The notes under the pieces were generated by a model that worked only from the letters and a program-made list of their open reading frames with translations, was not told the origin of the DNA and made no database searches. Both the position numbers and the translations under genes were made by a program. A stretch of 64,000 nucleotides of DNA from an uncultured Gemmatimonadaceae bacterium (GTDB taxonomy: Bacteria > Gemmatimonadota > Gemmatimonadetes > Gemmatimonadales > Gemmatimonadaceae): the NCBI GenBank assembly GCA_963829055.1, contig CAWHHI010000003.1:128001-192000 (forward strand), read 5' to 3'. Shown in pieces: positions 61,975 through 64,000 of this stretch. Each line of letters begins with the position of its first letter. The first letter of the stretch is position 1.

Positions 61975-64000
61975 TCAGAAACCAAGATTGAGGTTGACCC
62001 AGAAGCTCCGGCTGGCCGGATAGGCGCCGAGCTCGCGGTTGCGCTGCAGGTTGTCGTTGCCTGCGCCGAAGTTCGAGAACTCCGGGTCGCCACCGCGATA
62101 TGGGGTCCACCAGTACAGGTTGCGGCCGCTGACGCTGAGTTGCGCGTCGGTGACGCCCTGCAGCGGGCGCATCCTCGCCAGCCACGACTTCGGGACGCGC
62201 GCGCCTAACGTCACTTCGCGGATCTTCGTGAACGACGCGTCCTGGTAGTACGTGCGCGTCACGTTGCGGTACACGCGCACGCGCTGATCACCGAGGCGCT
62301 CGCCACTCGGCGTCTTGACGTCGAAGTCGCGCGAGTTGCCGCCGAGGTCGTAGTGGCGCCACGTGCCCGCCGCGACCATGCCGCCCTGCTGCCGGTCGAT
62401 GAGGACGTAGGCGCTGAACGCGCGCCACTTGAAGTCGTTGCCGAAACCAACGGTGTAGTCCGGGTTGCCGTCGCCCATGACGACGGGCACGACCTGACCG
62501 ACCTTGAGGCCGACCGAGTCGCGGCCGTCAGGCGTCTTGTCGGCGACGCTGACCGTGTCGTTGCCGATGAGCTGCGTCGGCGACTTGCCCTGCTCGATGC
62601 GTACGGCACCGACCTGCGCCGTGCTGAAGAGGAACGGCGGAACCGGCAGCTCCATGATCTTCGCGCGGTTCAACGCGAAGTTGATGCGCGCATTCCACTG
62701 CACGCCGGCGAACTGGCTCGGGATGATGTTGATCGAGCTCTCGAAGCCACGCACCCGCATGAGGCCACCATTGAAGCGCTCGGAGCCGAGGCCCGATCGA
62801 CGGTGGCAGCGTACGGTCGAGCAGCAGGTCCGAGATGCGTCGCTCGAACCCGGTGAGCTCCACCGTCGCCTTGTTGCCGAACAGCGCGAGGTCCAGGCCC
62901 GCCTCGAACTCGCGCTGCCGTTCCGGTCGCATGTCCTTCGAGCCAGTCGTGCCGCCAATGGTGAAGCCGCCGATGCCGCCGATGCTTCCCGCGGTCAGGT
63001 TCGTGAACTTCTGCCCGAACGTCGGCTGGTTGCCCGACTCACCGTAGGCGACGCGCGCTTTCACTTCGTCGACGCCACGCATCACCTTGGCGAATCGGTA
63101 CGAGGCCGCCGCCTTCGGGTAGTAGAAGTACTGGCCAGTGTCGCCGTTGTTCGTGCTGCGGTCGGCGCGGATACCGCCGGTGAGCAGCAGCCGTTCCTTC
63201 CACAGGAACTCGTGCTGCGCGAACACGCCGAAGTCCTCGACACTCTCGGCCTGCTCGTCGAGGTCGCGGCGCGTGCCGTCACGCAGGTTCGGGAGGCCGC
63301 TCAACAGGTTCTGGCTGACCGTGCGCGAGACGTCGAGATCGCGCGTCTCGTACTGCGTGCCGAGGGACGTCGTCGCCGTGAACGAGCCGCCAGCGGGCGT
63401 GTACACGTGGATGGCGTTCAGGTTGAGATTCTTGTTGATGTTCTGGCCGTACGACAGCGCATCCGTTCCGGGGAAGCCGTCGTCATCCTCGAAGTAGAGC
63501 TCGGGCGGCGAGAAGACGAAGTTCTTCTGCTGGAAGACGTCGAAGCCGCCGACGCCGACGATCCGGATCTGGTTCCGATCGGACGTGTACGGGGAATACG
63601 TTATGCGGCCCGAGGTGATCGAACGCCACACGCTCTCCTCGTTCTGGAACATGTCGATCGTCTGGAACGGATTGCTGGCGTGGAACGGCGACACCGGGTA
63701 GCTGCCATCCGGTCGTTGCCGAAGGTCGAGCCAGCTCGGGATTTTCGTGATCGTGTAGTAGATGCTGTTGCCGGCGTTGTCGTTACCGAAGAGGCCGCGG
63801 TCATTGCCGTTGTGCAGCACCTCACCGTTGATCGACGCCACCCACTTCCGACCGAAGTTCTGATCGAGGTTCACGCGCAGGTTCTGCTTGCGCGCGTACG
63901 TGTTCTTCGCGACGCCGCCGTCGTACTTGAGAAGCCCTGAGACGAGGTAGCGCGTCTGGTCATTCCCTCCGGAGACGCCGAGGGACGTCTCCCAGTTGAA
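61975..64000 (-). CDS. SusC/RagA-type TonB-dependent receptor, 3' part (runs off window; frameshift near 62790)
   Basis: GGIRADRST..G, YYPKAAASY, K.RVAYGESGNQP, PERQREFEAG.D, DASF.K.REVTL, SGRNL..WT.Y.G.DPE, YP.SRSFW; terminal F. Confidence 0.9.

Noticed and set aside
580..62210. TTAGGC as telomere-like repeat or eukaryotic contamination
   Set aside because: Copies are single and dispersed in frame within bacterial genes, never tandem.
1..64000. Many long overlapping or antisense ORFs rich in R/A/G/P
   Set aside because: Shadow ORFs expected in high-GC DNA; they carry no motifs and overlap well-supported genes.

Overview
High-GC bacterial chromosomal window. The gene content (SusC/SusD pairs, ADOP-type permease, TPR-tailed Ser/Thr kinase, Tat-signal TldD/E) is most like Gemmatimonadota; this assignment is an inference. 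Many genes carry single-base indels, most densely at 16.7-19.7 kb and 35.3-40.2 kb. I read these as long-read consensus errors, so coordinates of split genes are approximate. Left to right: acetamidase, zeta-like ATPase, BtpA, Uma2, SRPBCC, epimerase; an 11 kb cluster with four GT-C transferases, a GT2, a flippase-like protein and an FAD oxidoreductase; tldD/E; cutC; SIMPL; a double-CXXCG protein; nucleoside MFS; DUF1080; HtrA; a MacA/MacB-permease/TolC operon; an ADOP permease and an ADOP remnant; kinase; amidase; MscS; YpfJ; a SusC/D locus ending in a tandem-domain vanadium haloperoxidase; a peptide export locus; and a second SusC/D. Two things stand out. (1) At 51.4-59.4 kb, two tandem near-identical small peptides ending their shared part in LEERIAP (one missed by the ORF track) precede a GAF-HlyD adaptor, a second adaptor and a PqqD-like/M50 protease/HlyD fusion. 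The locus has no ABC ATPase or modifying enzyme and lies divergent from a SARP-type BTAD/AAA activator, with phased direct repeats in the shared promoter. (2) A non-palindromic octamer, CGTTAGGC/GCCTAACG, occurs about 45 times by eye, mostly inside genes. Several intergenic repeat families are also present (a MITE-like element, REP-like palindromes, heptamer tandem repeats). No CRISPR array, rRNA or tRNA was seen.
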